Origin: Macrostomum lignano
Taxonomy: Eukaryota
Assembly (NCBI GenBank): GCA_002269645.1
Contig: NIVC01001974.1
Span: 124,001-188,000, forward strand
Direction: 5' to 3'
Length of the DNA stretch: 64,000 nucleotides
A program made the translations under genes and the position numbers. The notes beneath the pieces were generated by a model. That model was not told where the DNA came from, searched no databases, and saw only the letters and a program-made list of their open reading frames with translations. Shown here in pieces: positions 17,770 through 39,689 of this stretch (its first letter is position 1; each line of letters begins with the position of its first letter).

Positions 17770-18110
17770 CCTGAATGTGTCTTAAGATTACTGAATGTGT
17801 CTCCAGATGTCTGAATGCATCTCAAGACGTCTGAATGTGTCCAGTGATGTCTAAATGTGTCCAGTGATGTCTGAATGTGTCCAGTGATGTCTGAATGTGT
17901 ATCGTGATGTTTGAATGTGTCCAGTGATGTCTGAATGTGTCTCGTGATGTCTGAATGTGTCCAGTGATGTCTGAATGTGTCCAGTCATGTCTGAATGTGT
18001 TTCCAGATGTCTGAATGCATCTCAAGACGTCTGAATGTGTCTAGTGATGTCTGAATGTGTCTCGTGATGTCTGAATGTATCCAGTGATGTCTAAATGCGC
18101 CTCAGTATTA
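17770..18110. repeat. 20-bp minisatellite (GATGTCTGAATGTGTCCAGT)
   Basis: Tandem periodicity 20. Confidence 0.92.
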
Positions 18111-18721
18111 CAGAATGTGCTTTAAATATTTAAATAGTTCGAGCATAAAACCTATAAACTTAATGCATGTATTCTCTACTATAAAGAATGGTCTTAAACA
18201 TAAACCTGTCAAGATAACAGGCGCAGGTTTCAAATAAGTACACAATCGATAAGTATATATATATTACATGCATACATATTATTTCAGGAACTTTCTTTTG
18301 CCTTCCCCCTGCACACAGCACAAGCTCGCCTGGCAGATCTGCTGTATCGGAAAGGCAGCAAAAGTCATATTGACTTAAACAGAACTCTCGCTGGTTCACC
18401 GAAATATGAAAGCAACACAGCTGACTGTGCCACTCCGGAGCTGCGGGCTGAGTGTAGGCTTGGCACACTGGAACACGGCTACTTCAGCAGTGTGGTCCAT
18501 GCAGATATGTAGACGGAACCCTTGGGATCCGGTAAAATAAACTGAGAGGCCACAAATTGCCGAGTGCGCTGAGCTGAGAGCCTCTTTAATTCGGTTGTAA
18601 CTATATGAATAGCCGAATCACTATGGAGGGGCTGATTGATCAGAATCAGATGGTGGAATTAAATTAATCTGGTTTAGTCCGATAAGGGCATCGATTAATT
18701 GACAGGCTGACAGCCAGACAG

Positions 18722-19660
<939 letters not shown>

Positions 19661-20454
19661 AGTGGATCAATTCAACTACTTCAAGAACGGACACACGCAG
19701 GCACCTGTCAAGCCGGACACTGCATGTGTGACAGCCAGTGCATGTAAAGTTGACAGCTTTTACATTCGTAGGAGCTGTACAACGCGCTCTTGCCGGCAGC
19801 GAACTACAATAAGTAGTCCAGTGCAGTGCGTAATCGTGCTCATCAATATTTCAGTTTAAGCACTTCTCTAAGAGAGAAAGGACTGAGGAATCACAGATAA
19901 TTAGTGGAAGCTTGGCTGTCTAAATTTATACCCAGCGCGTCCTGGATACCTGCAGATTAGCAAGCGCATCTACATCCTGACACATTCACAAGAGCAGAGC
20001 GTGAAGCGCCATACCTGTGACACAATTGTGACGCAGTTGCGCTCGCTGCTGACCCTGTTTTAGTCGTTAAATAATTAATGAGACGTCTTTTGGCTTTACC
20101 AGTGCGCGTGGGCAGCAACCGCGATTTGATTTGATTTGGTAGTGCAAAGTTTCAACCTCAGCTTTGTATGCAGACGCAGCAATCAATCTAACATGAAGTA
20201 AAGTTTCTCTAGGTGAATGAAAGTGGCGGTCTTAGTAGATTCATAAATTTAATGAGCTTTGTAGGAGCTCTCTACCACTGTAATCTTATTAGCCAATCGC
20301 TGCAGTTCCAGTTTTACCATTGCATTTCGAACTTTAGTTCTTCCATCAGCAAACAAAACTTTGGTGGGAAGACAGAGCTTTGAAAAGCAACATTATTCTT
20401 TAGCTTCAGATGCTTTCAGTTTTGACTGACTTGATAATTAATTTTGCTTTTAGT

Positions 20455-21420
20455 TTGCAGTTATGACGCATATGGTTGCATTACTGATGCTTTGGTTGCA
20501 GTTCTGATGTATTTGTTGCAGTTCTGACGCATATGGTTGCAGTTCTGACGCATATGGTTGCAGTTCTGATGCATATGGTTGCAGTTCTGACGCATATGGT
20601 TGCAGTTCTACTGTATATGGTTGCAGTTCTGACGCATTGGTTGCATTACTGATGCTTTGGTTGCAGTTCTGATGCATTATGGTTGCATTTCTGATGCATT
20701 GGTTGCAGTTTTGACACATTGGTTGCAGTTCTAATGCATTAGTTGCAGTTTTGAAATATAAGTTGCAGTTCTGATGCATTAGTTGCAGTTTTGAAATATA
20801 AGTTGCAGTTCTGATGCATTAGTTGCAGTTTTGAAATATAAGTTGCAGTTCTGATGCATTAGTTGCAGTTTTGAAATATAAGTTGCAGTTCTGATGCATT
20901 AGTTGCAGTTTTGAAATATAAGTTGCAGTTCTAATGCATTAGTTGCAGTTTTGAAATATAAGTTGCAGTTCTAATGCATTAGTTGCAGTTTTGAAATATA
21001 AGTTGCAGTTCTAATGCATTAGTTGCAGATTTGAAACAGTAGTTGCAGTTCTGATGCATTAGTTGCAGATTTGAAACAGTAGTTGCAGTTCTGATGCATT
21101 AGTTGCAGATTTGAAACAGTAGTTGCAGTTCTAATGCATTAGTTGCAGTTCGGACACATTGGTTGCATTACTGATGCTTTGGTTGCAGTTCTGATGCATT
21201 ATGGATGCATTTCTGATGCATTGGTTGCATTTCTGATGCATTAGTTGCAGTTTTGACACATTTGTTGCATTTCTGATGCATTAGTTGCAGTTTTGACACA
21301 TTTGTTGCATTTCTGATGCATTAGTTGCAGTTTTGACACATTGGTTGCAGTTCTAATGCATTAGTTGCAGTTCTGACGCATTGGTTGCAGTTCTGATGCA
21401 TTGGTTGCAGTTCTGACATG
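20455..21420. repeat. 21-bp minisatellite (TTGCAGTTCTGATGCATTAG-type) with 42-bp dimers
   Basis: Tandem periodicity. Confidence 0.92.
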
Positions 21421-21861
21421 TTAGTTTGAGCTTTATATTTTTGTGAACGCATTTCTATTTATTCTAGCTATTGTAGGCCAAAACTGACGAAAATGACAGA
21501 GCTCGTAAAAAGTTTGAATCATAGTTCATTGCTTTCATAGCGATATCTAATACGCGCTGTCGAAATATTGGAACCAGCATATTTAATATAATATAACGCT
21601 CATATTTATAAAATAAACTTTTTGATATCAGTGTGCTAAGGTTTAAGAGAAAGAATGCATAAAATTCGAAAAATTATTGATAAATTACAAAATCAACAAA
21701 GGGGTCAAATTGCACTCAGGATTAAAAAAATATTCAATACAAAAATGCACTCCGCTTTTGCATGCGACACAGCAAATACGACAAATAACGCACTTCGTGT
21801 ACTTTAAATATAGCACTCTGGCGAGATAACTTAGGCTGTGTGTAATCCAGTGGATAATCCA

Positions 21862-22250
21862 GACACATCTTGAGACACTTTCAGACATCACGAGACACAT
21901 TCAGACATCTGGAGACACATTCAGTAATCTTAAGACACATTTAGACAGCCAAAGACACATTCAGTCAGCTGGAGACACATTTAGACGTCTGGAGACACAG
22001 TTAGACATCTGGAGACACATTCAGACATCAGGAGACACATTCAGACATCTGGAGACACATTCAGACATCTGGAGACACATTCAGACATCTGGAGACACAT
22101 CCAGACATCTGGAGACACATTTACACATCTGGAGATACAGTTAGACATCTGGAGACACATTTAGACATCTGAAGACACATTTAGACATCACTAAACACAC
22201 CCAGAGACATCTGGAGACACATTCAGTAATCTTAAGACACATTCAGACAT
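21862..22250. repeat. 20-bp minisatellite (GACATCTGGAGACACATTCA), inverted relative of 17770-18110
   Basis: Tandem periodicity; the reverse complement matches the 17770 array. Confidence 0.92.
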
Positions 22251-22326
22251 CATGTTAAACATTCTATGTTGAGCTCCAAAATAAAGTGCTAAATTTAGTC
22301 AACCGAGATGACTCATCGCAATCGAA

Positions 22327-29141
<6,815 letters not shown>

Positions 29142-32074
29142 TTAGAATCAGAAATGGTTTTAGCAGTAGGATATAAACAGCAATAATTGATTACTAAGGA
29201 TAAATCCTTTATTTATTGATAATAAGTCATAAAAATAACAACCAAGGATAAATCAAGTTATGCTAATAATAAAAATGATATTTCTTAAGACTATATGAAA
29301 TGCATTATACTAATAAGTGATGAAGCAAATATAAGCTTTTAATCTTTGGGCCTACAAATTTTGATTATTACTATTTTAATACCTAAATTAAAAGTACCAT
29401 TATAAATATATAAATGACATAATTGGTATAGAAGCTTTCCTAGTAAAAAATTCAATTTAGTAATAATAACCTTGGCATAGTTTAGATCTAAGATCTCATT
29501 TGAACAAATTAAAGAAGCACATTTTGAAACCTTTATAAAATTATATGTTAATAGCAAATAATGAGGATTGAGTCTATATAAATATTTTCTATGTTAAGCC
29601 TATATATAGACTCTATTGACTATGTTTAAAGATCCTTTAAAACTACAGTTTATAGATTATTTGAATTTGACAATTAATAAAATTTGTAAAATCCCAAAAA
29701 TCCCAAAAAAACTTTATGATTACTAATCCTTTAAATAATTGATAAAAAATGAAAATAAAGAACTTAAATTATCTAGCTTAGAAAAAAACTAAGTAAATAC
29801 TAATTAATTTGGCATTTAGACTATATGCCTATGTGCTATGTCTATGGCAGATTAGCAGGGTCAAATTTAGGATTACCAAAGTTAAACTTGAAATATCTAT
29901 CATGATATACAAATCATACAAAAAACTATCCATTATAAATATAAACCTGAAAAGCTATAGGCCTATGACAAACATAATAAAATATTAAAATTGTTTATTT
30001 TGTTGCCCTAATTAATAAGCTGTCTTTTAATATAAACCTGCAAAAACTACAGCTATGAATATGAATGAACTTTTGCAAAATTACTAATTCAAACCCTTGC
30101 CTATGACTGCAAGTTAGTGTTAGTGAGTGTTAGTGACGTGGCTTATGGCTATGTCTAATCATAATTGATTAGCTCTTAGCAATTGTCAATTAGCAGGCAT
30201 GCTAATAATACTAATGCTATATGCTAGGACTAGGACTTAGGAGTAGAGTAGAGAACATGAGCACAGCACACTTGGCATTCTGTTGTCTGCCCCCTGAGTG
30301 ATGCCGGCGCGCCGTTCACATATTACAACGCTTATGTTTCGATGAAATAACTGCAAACAACATATTTTGTTGCTCAGTTGCTGCTGTTGCTGTGTAATCG
30401 TAATCTGAGAAAATTGACTATATGAACAAATAACAGGAACATCAGAATCAGTAACTGTGCCAATTTGTTTGCTTAGTTTCTTCGCTTGTTGAATGGCAGC
30501 TGAACTAACGTCAACTGTTTAGCAATTTAATTTGTCCAGCAAGCGTTTCTCAGACACATAATTATGATATTACATAATTACAAAATACAAAGTTTACAAA
30601 TGAAATTATTGTCAAATTTCTGAATTAATTTGAATTATCGTGTACTTTATAAAAGATATCAATACAAAACCTGATAATTTAATCTTAATGTTAGTTTTTC
30701 GTATATAAAAATAACAATATAACTCTTTTAGTTGGGCAAGAAGTTAAAGAACAATAGTATTTGTTATTTACTTGAAATTAGAAATATCGTCAGATCCAAC
30801 TTTAAAACTTGTCAAACATCGCAATTATTTATTATGCTTGCATTGCATGCATCTGCATGCAGGCGGCGGCTCATTTATTACTGCTACTGGCACCGTTCGT
30901 AGCGTAATAGGTGCAAAATTCTGCAACGTTTTAAGGCCTATCGTATTCACTAATCGCAATTTTATCTGCTCTTTTTTTCTGTCTACCCTGTCTATTCATT
31001 CTTTTCTTTCATTTTATTATTCACAGGCTCTAGACCCCACCCCACGCCTCTAGGCTCTAGTTTTGATTGATTTTTAATTGTAGGCCTACCTTTTTAATAT
31101 TTTAATACTTTTTCTTATAATGTAGTCAGTTGTGTAGTGCATTCTCATTTAACTCTAAGTCTAATTTGGCAACCCACCCTAGTTGACAGTTTGAATTGAT
31201 ATAAAATTATATTTTGATTTTTATTGCTAAATAAATACATTGCTTGCTCTTTAGACCTATCTGTATCTCTGCATCTAGTCAATCATAGTCTTAGCTTAGT
31301 TTAACTCTAAATAAGCTATTCCTCATTAAGCTTATTTTTGCCTTCTGCACTTTTAAAATAATAATTCTAACTACTAGCTTAGGTCAAAGGCCTGAAATCC
31401 AAAATGACATAATGATCACAGACATTGTCATTGTCATTGTTTTAAATTATAAATAATATAATTTTTTTGTTTTTATAAATTATTTAAAAAAATCTAAAAT
31501 AAATGGAATTAGGGCCTATTGCCTAACTTTTCTTCAAAAAATATAAAGTTTTCAATACATGTCTCTTACGACTTAAGATTAAATAAATAATTTAAATTAA
31601 AACAATATATTTTTAAAGGACTTTTCCAATAAAAAAGGCCTATTACTTAAATGTTGTTATGCTTGGCTACTGTATTGATAAGCTTATGCTTAGGCCTATA
31701 ATTAATGTCAATAACATAACAAAAAAACTTGAATTCTATAAAAATATAGTTTCCTATTATAGCCAAGGTCTAAATTGCACTAGGCATCCCCTTTTTGCAC
31801 TAGCCTATAGTCTAGAGGTTTGGGGTTGTTGCCACAATGAAGGACCTTTTGGGGAGGTTCTAAATATAAAAAGCCTTTTTGTAATTATAGTTGCACACTG
31901 TAGGCCTATGCCATTTTTGCATGCTGACAACTATATATTATACAGTTACATGCTAATGCATATAGGTTGCTATTGGCTAAAAGTAGTCACTTGACTACTA
32001 TGATCAATAGTGACTTACATATGTATGTTTCCAATAGAAATAGCTAGGTAAAAGGTTAATCCTCAGGTTATGCA

Positions 32075-32295
32075 CAAGCATGCACAACTAGCAAGAGGCA
32101 TTGCTTCACATTCTGTCAACTCCCCTAAATAGTCAAACAAGCGCATGGTTATATACCCAGTCAAATGCATAGGCACATATACAGGAGTGTATAGTGGCCC
32201 TAACTATAAATTTTTAGGCATGTACACTTCAAAAGCAGAGCCAAGCCAAGATTTCAAATTAGCCCAAAGTTAATGTGGCTGTATTTGGCATATTA
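32075..32295 (-). mobile_element. Old, CpG-decayed SINE relic (family of 56901-57264)
   Basis: GAGGCATT..ACTCCCCT..ACAGGAGTGTATAGTGGCCCTAA..TTAGGCATGTACACTTCA..GCAGAGCCAAGCCAAGATT is collinear with 56955-57200. Confidence 0.65.
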
Positions 32296-32362
32296 GAGTG
32301 CCACGCTAGACTTCTAAGGTTATACCTTCCCCTAATGGGTGGGGTAGATGTTTTGCATACAT

Positions 32363-32518
32363 GTGCAACCTTGGGAATCACCCGGCTGTTTCTATTGGCA
32401 ACACATACATGTAAGTCACTATTGGCTAAAAGCAGTTGCGTGACTACTGTTCCATCTAATAGCGACTTACATGTGTGTGTTGCCAATAGAAATGGCCAGG
32501 TGAATCCCTAGGTTGCGC
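32363..32518. mobile_element. Hairpin MITE-like element with about 61-bp inverted arms
   Basis: 32363-32423 is the near reverse complement of 32458-32518; a degenerate half-copy lies at about 31965-32075. Confidence 0.65.
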
Positions 32519-32675
32519 CCAAGCTTGATGTGTTGGTATTTTATAGGGTTTTTTAATTTTTCGACTGATTCAAACTATCATTATTAGAGTCATGCTACTC
32601 ACAGTAGTTTCTTACAGTCACAAGCAATCGTATAAATTGTTCAATATTACAGCTAATCTAAATCCCAGAGCAGCC

Positions 32676-33273
32676 ATGTCCGCCGCCTACACCCTAGTGC
32701 TGATTCGTCACGGCGAGTCGAACTTCAACAAGGAGAACCGATTCTGCGGCTGGATTGACGCGGACCTGTCTGACGTTGGCAACGAAGAGGCAAAAAATGC
32801 TGGCGAGATGATCAAAAAGAATGGCCTGACATTCGATGTTGCTTATACTAGCGTGTTGAAACGGGCTATTAAAACTTTGAATCACGTTTTGGACGCGCTT
32901 GATCTGCACTGGATTCCGGTGAACAAGCACTGGCGGCTGAACGAGCGGATGTACGGCGGTCTGCAGGGGCTCAACAAGAGCGAGACCGCCGCCAAGCATG
33001 GCGAGGATCAGGTGAGAGCTGATAAGCTAGAAACTTCTCCATCTCAAATCTGAACTGCTTGGTTGGATTTTCTAATAATTGCTGCAATTTACTTGAATCC
33101 AAAAGGTGAAAATCTGGCGTCGCTCCTACGACATCCCGCCGCCGGCTGTCGATACCGACTCCGACCAGTATCCGGGCAAAGATCCGCGTTACAAAGACCT
33201 GGAGCCCAGTCAGCTGCCCAGGCACGAGTGCCTGAAGGATACGGTTTGTGAATTACATTGGCTGCTGAGGTCG

Positions 33274-33337
<64 letters not shown>

Positions 33338-34160
33338 GGAGGGATGACAGGCAGACAGGCAGGCAGACAGACAGGCAGACAGACAGACAGACAGACAGGC
33401 AGGCAGACAGGCAGACAGACAGACAGACAGACAGACAGGCAGACAGACAGGCAGGCAGACAGACTGACAGGCAGACAGGCAGACAGGCAGGCAGGCAGAC
33501 AGACAGACTGACAGGCAGACTGACTGACAGACAGACAGACAGACAGACACAGACAGACAGACAGACAGCGAGCCTCAGCTCTTGGGCCTTTTCAAGCTGG
33601 GAGTTAGATTTCAGGTCCAGATGGCATTAAAGAAATCCTTGAATTCGGGCTTCTTTAGATTCATCGATTCTAAAGGTCCTTGAATTTCAGTTTCCGATCC
33701 AAGTGATCATTCACCCTGAACGTCCCTAAAGGTCACTTTCCAAATCAAATCCAGTAATCAGTCACCTGAGGGTCCTTGAATTTTAGTTTCCAATCCAAAT
33801 GATCATTCAACCCAGAGGTCCTTGAATCTAGGACTTCAGAGAATTTTAATCAATTGTAACTGTTGCACAAACCCGCAGGTGGCCAGGGTGCTGCCCTACT
33901 GGCACGAGGAGATCGCCCCGGCTATCCGCAGCGGCAAGCGGGTGCTCATCACCGCCCATGGCAACAGCCTCCGCGGCCTAGTGAAGTATCTGGATAATAT
34001 CGGGGATCAGGAGATCGTTGAGCTGAACATACCCACCGGTATACCGCTGGTGTACGAGTTGGACAAAGACCTGAAGCCAGTGAAGCACTATTATCTAGCT
34101 AGCGAGGCCGAGGTCAGGGCCGCTATGGAACGCGTGGCCAATCAGGGCAAGGCCAAGTGA
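32676..34160 (+). CDS. PGAM: 2,3-BPG-dependent phosphoglycerate mutase, 251 aa; join(32676..33011,33106..33243,33879..34160)
   Basis: LVLIRHGES phosphohistidine motif, [49 protein letters not shown]; three phase-0 exons with GT-AG introns. Confidence 0.97.
33273..33567. repeat. (GACA/GGCA)n microsatellite in PGAM intron 2
   Basis: Direct inspection. Confidence 0.95.
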
Positions 34161-34659
34161 AGTAAACAAAATCATCGTGGAACTCAATTGAAACTATTAT
34201 ATAGTGTTATGTTAAACCTACCCTAAACCCTAACAGATTTGTAGCTAGATTTTAACAATTAGTAACACAGCACAGCTGGCCTTCACCAAGCTCTCCAAGA
34301 TGACAACCTTTATCCATGCTTTATTATAATTATTAATATTAATATTGATGTACGAGTTGAACTGCATGTTGTCTTCTTATTAGACTTTTTTATTTTAGAA
34401 AATGTTCATCCCTGTGCTTAAGTAGTATGAAGCGAATAATTTTTCTATATGTATATTTTGTTTAGATAATTTAGCTAATATTAAAATAGTAGATCTGCAA
34501 ATATCTGTGTAGTAGCTTGTTAAACAAAATATATAAAGGTATTTTTCACTCTTGACCGTCTCAATACCAAATAAAAGCTCTCATTTTCAAATTTCACGCT
34601 GCATCTCTTTGAATCCATTTGACCGGGCGTAAAGAAACGATCCAATGTGACTGTTGTAG

Positions 34660-35270
34660 GAATGGTCACTTATGTGACTCTCCAATGAGACGGTTAGGAA
34701 TGGTCACTTATGTGACTCTCCAATGTGACAGTTAGGAATGGTCACTTATGTGACTCTCCAATGTGACCGTTACGAATGGTCACTTATGTGACTCTCCAAT
34801 GTGACCGTTACGAATGGTCACTTATGTGACTCTCCAATGAGACGGTTAGGAATGGTCACTTATGTGACTCTCCAATGTGACCGTTAGGAATGGTCACTTA
34901 TGTGACTCTCCAATGAGACGGTTAGGAATGGTCACTTACGTGACTCTCCAATGTGACCGTTAGGAATGGTCACTTATGTGACTCTCCAATGTGACCGTTA
35001 CGAATGGTCACTTATGTGACTCTCCAATGTGACCGTTACGAATGGTCACTTATGTGACTCTCCAATGTGACCATTACGAATGGTCACTTATGTGACTCTC
35101 CAATGTGACCTTAAAGAATGGTCACTCATGTGATACTCCGATGTGACCGTTGAAAGAATGGTCACTCGTGTAATACTCCGATGTGACCGTTGAAAGAATG
35201 GTCACTCGTGTAATACTCCGATGTGACCGTTGAAAGAATGGTCACTCATGTGATACTCCATTGTGACCCT
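34660..35270. repeat. 38-bp minisatellite (GAATGGTCACTTATGTGACTCTCCAATGTGACCGTTAG)
   Basis: About 16 near-identical units. Confidence 0.93.
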
Positions 35271-36184
35271 TGAAATAATTTACATGTAATAACTCATGTA
35301 CATGCTATGTACACGTGCATGTCCTTTGTTACATGTATATACTACTAGCATACTTCTCCACACATAGTAGTACCACTCGCATACTCCATTATACGAGGGG
35401 TGTCCGGAGAGTTCTGACATTTTAAATTCCAGAGCAGACAAAAGGCTGCAAACACAATTGTACGTGGTGTCACTCTAGTGGCACATTTTATATTCACTGT
35501 CACTGTCGGTGAAGGTATTGCCCTATGATTTTTCAAGCATCGCTGTTAAATTGAATGACCACAAATCATCCATACGAGATTGAATTTATTCGCTTTAACA
35601 AGCTGGCAAAAAACAGCCGCTGCAACTCGCGGTTCTACTCGTCGGCAATTAAATTTAATTATTGTTCATCGACAATGATTCTGGCGCCGGTATGAAAATC
35701 CGCCCTGACACTTGCCGCGGATGTTAATTAAATTTGAATGCAGCTTGTCGATGAAGAGCCTGCATGCTTGTCTTCCCAAACAAATCCTAGGAAAGATTAT
35801 AGCTGCACCCTGAATTTGAGTGCCGATTTAATTGGAGTGATTATGGATTGTCGAAATTCCTGCAGATCCCTGCGGCTATAGGTGTGCCGCAATTAGATTG
35901 CCGAATTTAGCTCGGAATATAGCAGCTGCAATAATGGGTTCTCGTGACTGATGAGAGTTGTCTACATGTAAATTAATTTCTCTGATAGGCCGCTCTTGAC
36001 TAAAACTGATACAGCTGTCGGGAATAATTGTTTTTGTCATCTTCTAGTTACAATGCTATCAGATTTCAAATATCAACCAGTTCTTCTATTTGGTCACACA
36101 TTAATTAAGACCTATCAACCTTATATTGTTTTTTATTAGTTTTTCTAATAAGTAAATACCTGTTTGTGCATAGAAAAAACCGCT

Positions 36185-36215
36185 AGATGGATAGATAGAT
36201 TGACAGGCAGATAGG

Positions 36216-36263
<48 letters not shown>

Positions 36264-36304
36264 AGGCAGATAGATAGTTAGATAGAGAGATAGTTAGATA
36301 GATG

Positions 36305-36350
<46 letters not shown>

Positions 36351-36412
36351 CAGGCAGATAGATAGATAGATGGATAGATAGACAGATAGATGGATAGATA
36401 GATAGATAGATG

Positions 36413-36458
<46 letters not shown>

Positions 36459-36536
36459 AAGACAGGCAGATAGATAGATAGATAGTTCGATAGATAGATA
36501 GATAGATGGATAGATAGATGGATAGATAGATAGATG

Positions 36537-36567
<31 letters not shown>

Positions 36568-36571
36568 GGAT

Positions 36572-36602
<31 letters not shown>

Positions 36603-36648
36603 TGGATAGATAGATAGATAGATGGATAGATAGATAGATAGATAGATG

Positions 36649-36714
<66 letters not shown>

Positions 36715-36879
36715 AAGACAGGCAGATAGATAGATAGATAGTTCGATAGATAGATAGATAGATGGATAGATAGATGGATAGATAGATAGATGGATAGATA
36801 GATAGATAGATAGATGGATAGATAGATGGATAGATAGATAGATGGATGGATAGATAGATAGATAGATAGATAGATGGAT

Positions 36880-36910
<31 letters not shown>

Positions 36911-36936
36911 TGGATAGATAGATAGATAGATAGATG

Positions 36937-36982
<46 letters not shown>

Positions 36983-37072
36983 AAGACAGGCAGATAGATA
37001 GATAGATAGTTCGATAGATAGATAGATAGATGGATAGATAGATGGATAGATAGATAGTTAGATAGATAGATG

Positions 37073-37158
<86 letters not shown>

Positions 37159-37180
37159 TGGATAGATAGATAGATAGATG

Positions 37181-37214
<34 letters not shown>

Positions 37215-37408
37215 AAGACAGGCAGATAGATAGATAGATAGTTCGATAGATAGATAGATAGATGGATAGATAGATGGATAGATAGATAGTTAGATAGATA
37301 GATGGATAGATAGATAGATAGATAGATAGATAGAAAGACAGGCAGATAGATAGATAGATAGATAGAAAGACAGGCAGATAGATAGATAGATAGATAGATA
37401 GATAGTTA
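36185..37408. repeat. Degenerate (GATA)n array with higher-order blocks
   Basis: Direct inspection. Confidence 0.95.
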
Positions 37409-38029
37409 TATAGAAGGTGCGGTTTTAAGATTTGTAAATTTATTTGCTTATTTTTAAACACCTCGCTTGACCCCAAATGCCCCCTGTCCCTGACCCGCCA
37501 GTTCGTCAGCTGATTGCCACCTTACAAATCCTGCACCTGCATCCCACCCATGCAACTAGCTGTAACTGCAGCCATCGCGTTTTTCCTACTAATTTTCCCT
37601 GACAACATCCGCTCCGGGTGAGGGCGGAGGCCATGCAGTTTCTAAGAAGTCTCACCTGAGCAGGCAGCCCGAGACCCGACCGAGTTCACTTCCGCTTATG
37701 CAACAGATGCCTGCATAGTTGCAAATTAGAAGGCCACAAGCCTGCAATCACGGCTTATTAATATTGACTTGCTGCAGCTGTGCGCCGAGCCGTCTTAAGT
37801 CAATTTTATATTCGATACCTTGCCATCATGTTTACACACGTTAATTACCATGGGTAAGGTTTTTAACCTTCCTATGCAGTAAAATGTAAAATTGGTCACA
37901 ACTGTTTACAGGTGTTTTCGGAAATATTCTGAGCCAAATCCTTCCGTCTCTATTCTGATTTTCTGACTGGAACTCCTTCTATCCTTTTTATCTGTTCCTT
38001 GACTATCATTTCATCCTGACGCACCATTT

Positions 38030-38442
38030 TCTATCCTGACACATCTATTTCTATCCTGGCACTGACACATCTATTTATTATCCCGACACATCTATTTTCT
38101 ATCCTGACACATCTATTCTCTATCCTGACACATCTATTTTTATCCTGACACATCTACTTTCTACCCTGACACATCTATTTTCTATCCTGACACATCTATT
38201 TTCCATCCTGACACATCTGTTTTCCATCCTGACACATCTATTTTCCATCCTGACACATCTGTTTTGTATCCTGACACATCTTTTTTCTATCCTTACACAT
38301 CGATTTTGTATCCTGACACATCTATTTTCTATCCTTACACATCGATTTTGTATCCTGACACATCTATTTTCCATCCTGACACATCTATTTTCCATCCTGA
38401 CACATCTATTTTCCATCCTGACACATCTACTTTCTATCCTTA
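38030..38442. repeat. 21-bp minisatellite (TATCCTGACACATCTATTTTC)
   Basis: Tandem periodicity. Confidence 0.92.
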
Positions 38443-38979
38443 TAAAAAATAAGATTTCCATGCCCAAAAAAGTCAGCCATGGTAGAAAACCAAACTGTTT
38501 GTGTAATTTGTTCAACAACCCTCACGGTGCACTTTGAACCCCAAGTAAGTTTGATGTCGAACTTTTGCTTTAGCGGCACACGGGGTCGGTTGCTAGAATT
38601 CTCCCATAGTGGCCATTACAGAGCTTGTCAGCAATTAATTTCTGCCTGAACTGCTGGTTACGCATGCCATTCCAGCTATTCTATACGAGGCTGGGCACCT
38701 GGGATGCCAACTAGGCCGTTTGGTAGCTCGTAATCCTCAATTATTTGGGATAGCACAGTACGTTCCTGCTGACGTCAGATTTTCAGATATCTATGCCTAG
38801 ATTTAGAGGCAAAAAAACCTGCAGCTCCCAGCTGCACCCTGCCAGGTGATAAGAGGGTTTCCTGTAAACTATGGTTCATGCTTCTATTCGTGATAGCAAC
38901 ATTCTGTCATGAATTTGATTGTACTTTAATCTTTTTTTAATGCCTGACTGCTAAGAAAAGTACTTCTCGTGGGTATATA

Positions 38980-39609
38980 CACTCAGCAACAGTCAAAACC
39001 GCCACCCTACCGAGACTCCGAGAGAGGCGACTTCTCTCTCACCACAACTGCAAGTGACGTAACTTGCGCCACGGCGTGGCAAAAGCTGGGTGAGAGTGAA
39101 TTCCAGGCTGAGAGTACAAAAGGGACTGGGGTTGGGGTTGGGGGTGCAACAGTACACGTGACAATGGTCAGGCATATGACAGACGCTGAACGATGGCGCG
39201 CTGTTGGCACGCTAGAAGCTGGTGCATCCATCAGCGCAGTTGCTTGCCAATTTGGCCGATCACGTTCAACAATTCGAGCGCTGTTAACGAAGTCCCAAGA
39301 TACTGGTAGTGTTCAGCACGCAGCCATAGGCAGCCAGCGCCGCCATGATCTCCGCGGCTCAACAGCCAGGGCAAATCGACGTCTGTTGCGGATTGTCAGG
39401 CGAACTCCGACCGCGCCAGCCACCCTGCTCCGTCTAATGTGGGGTGAAAGAAGCAGATGGGGCATCCCCTGCATCCCCTGATTGCCCTCTCCTGCATTCA
39501 CTCTCACCCAGCTTTAGCCACGCCGTGGCGCAAGTTACGTCACTTGCAGTTGAGGTGAGAGAGAAGTCGCCTCTCTCGGTAGGGTGGCGGTTTTGACTGT
39601 TGCTGAGTG
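38980..39609 (+). mobile_element. Internally deleted Tc1/mariner element (630 bp)
   Basis: TA target duplication at both ends; about 130-140-bp TIRs starting CACTCAGCAACAGTCAAAACC; ORF 39164-39481 encodes a Tc1-type HTH (AERWRAVGTLEAGASISAVACQFGRSRSTI) with no DDE domain. Confidence 0.88.
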
Positions 39610-39689
39610 TACTTACAGTGTAGTTGCTTTAAACGATTTGTCTAGCTCGGAATAGTAACAACCAACGCCTTCGTCGGAGACACCGTCCC

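Noticed and set aside
34221-34234. Telomere-like CCCTAAACCCTAA
   Set aside because: Two units only; expected by chance.
34660-35270. CRISPR-like array (also 22830, 55361, 56375, 63613)
   Set aside because: Contiguous near-identical units without unique spacers, no cas genes, eukaryotic context.
35392-35420. Mariner-like terminus TA-CGAGGGGTGTCCGGAGAGTT
   Set aside because: No partner inverted repeat or transposase found in the window; unsupported as an element.
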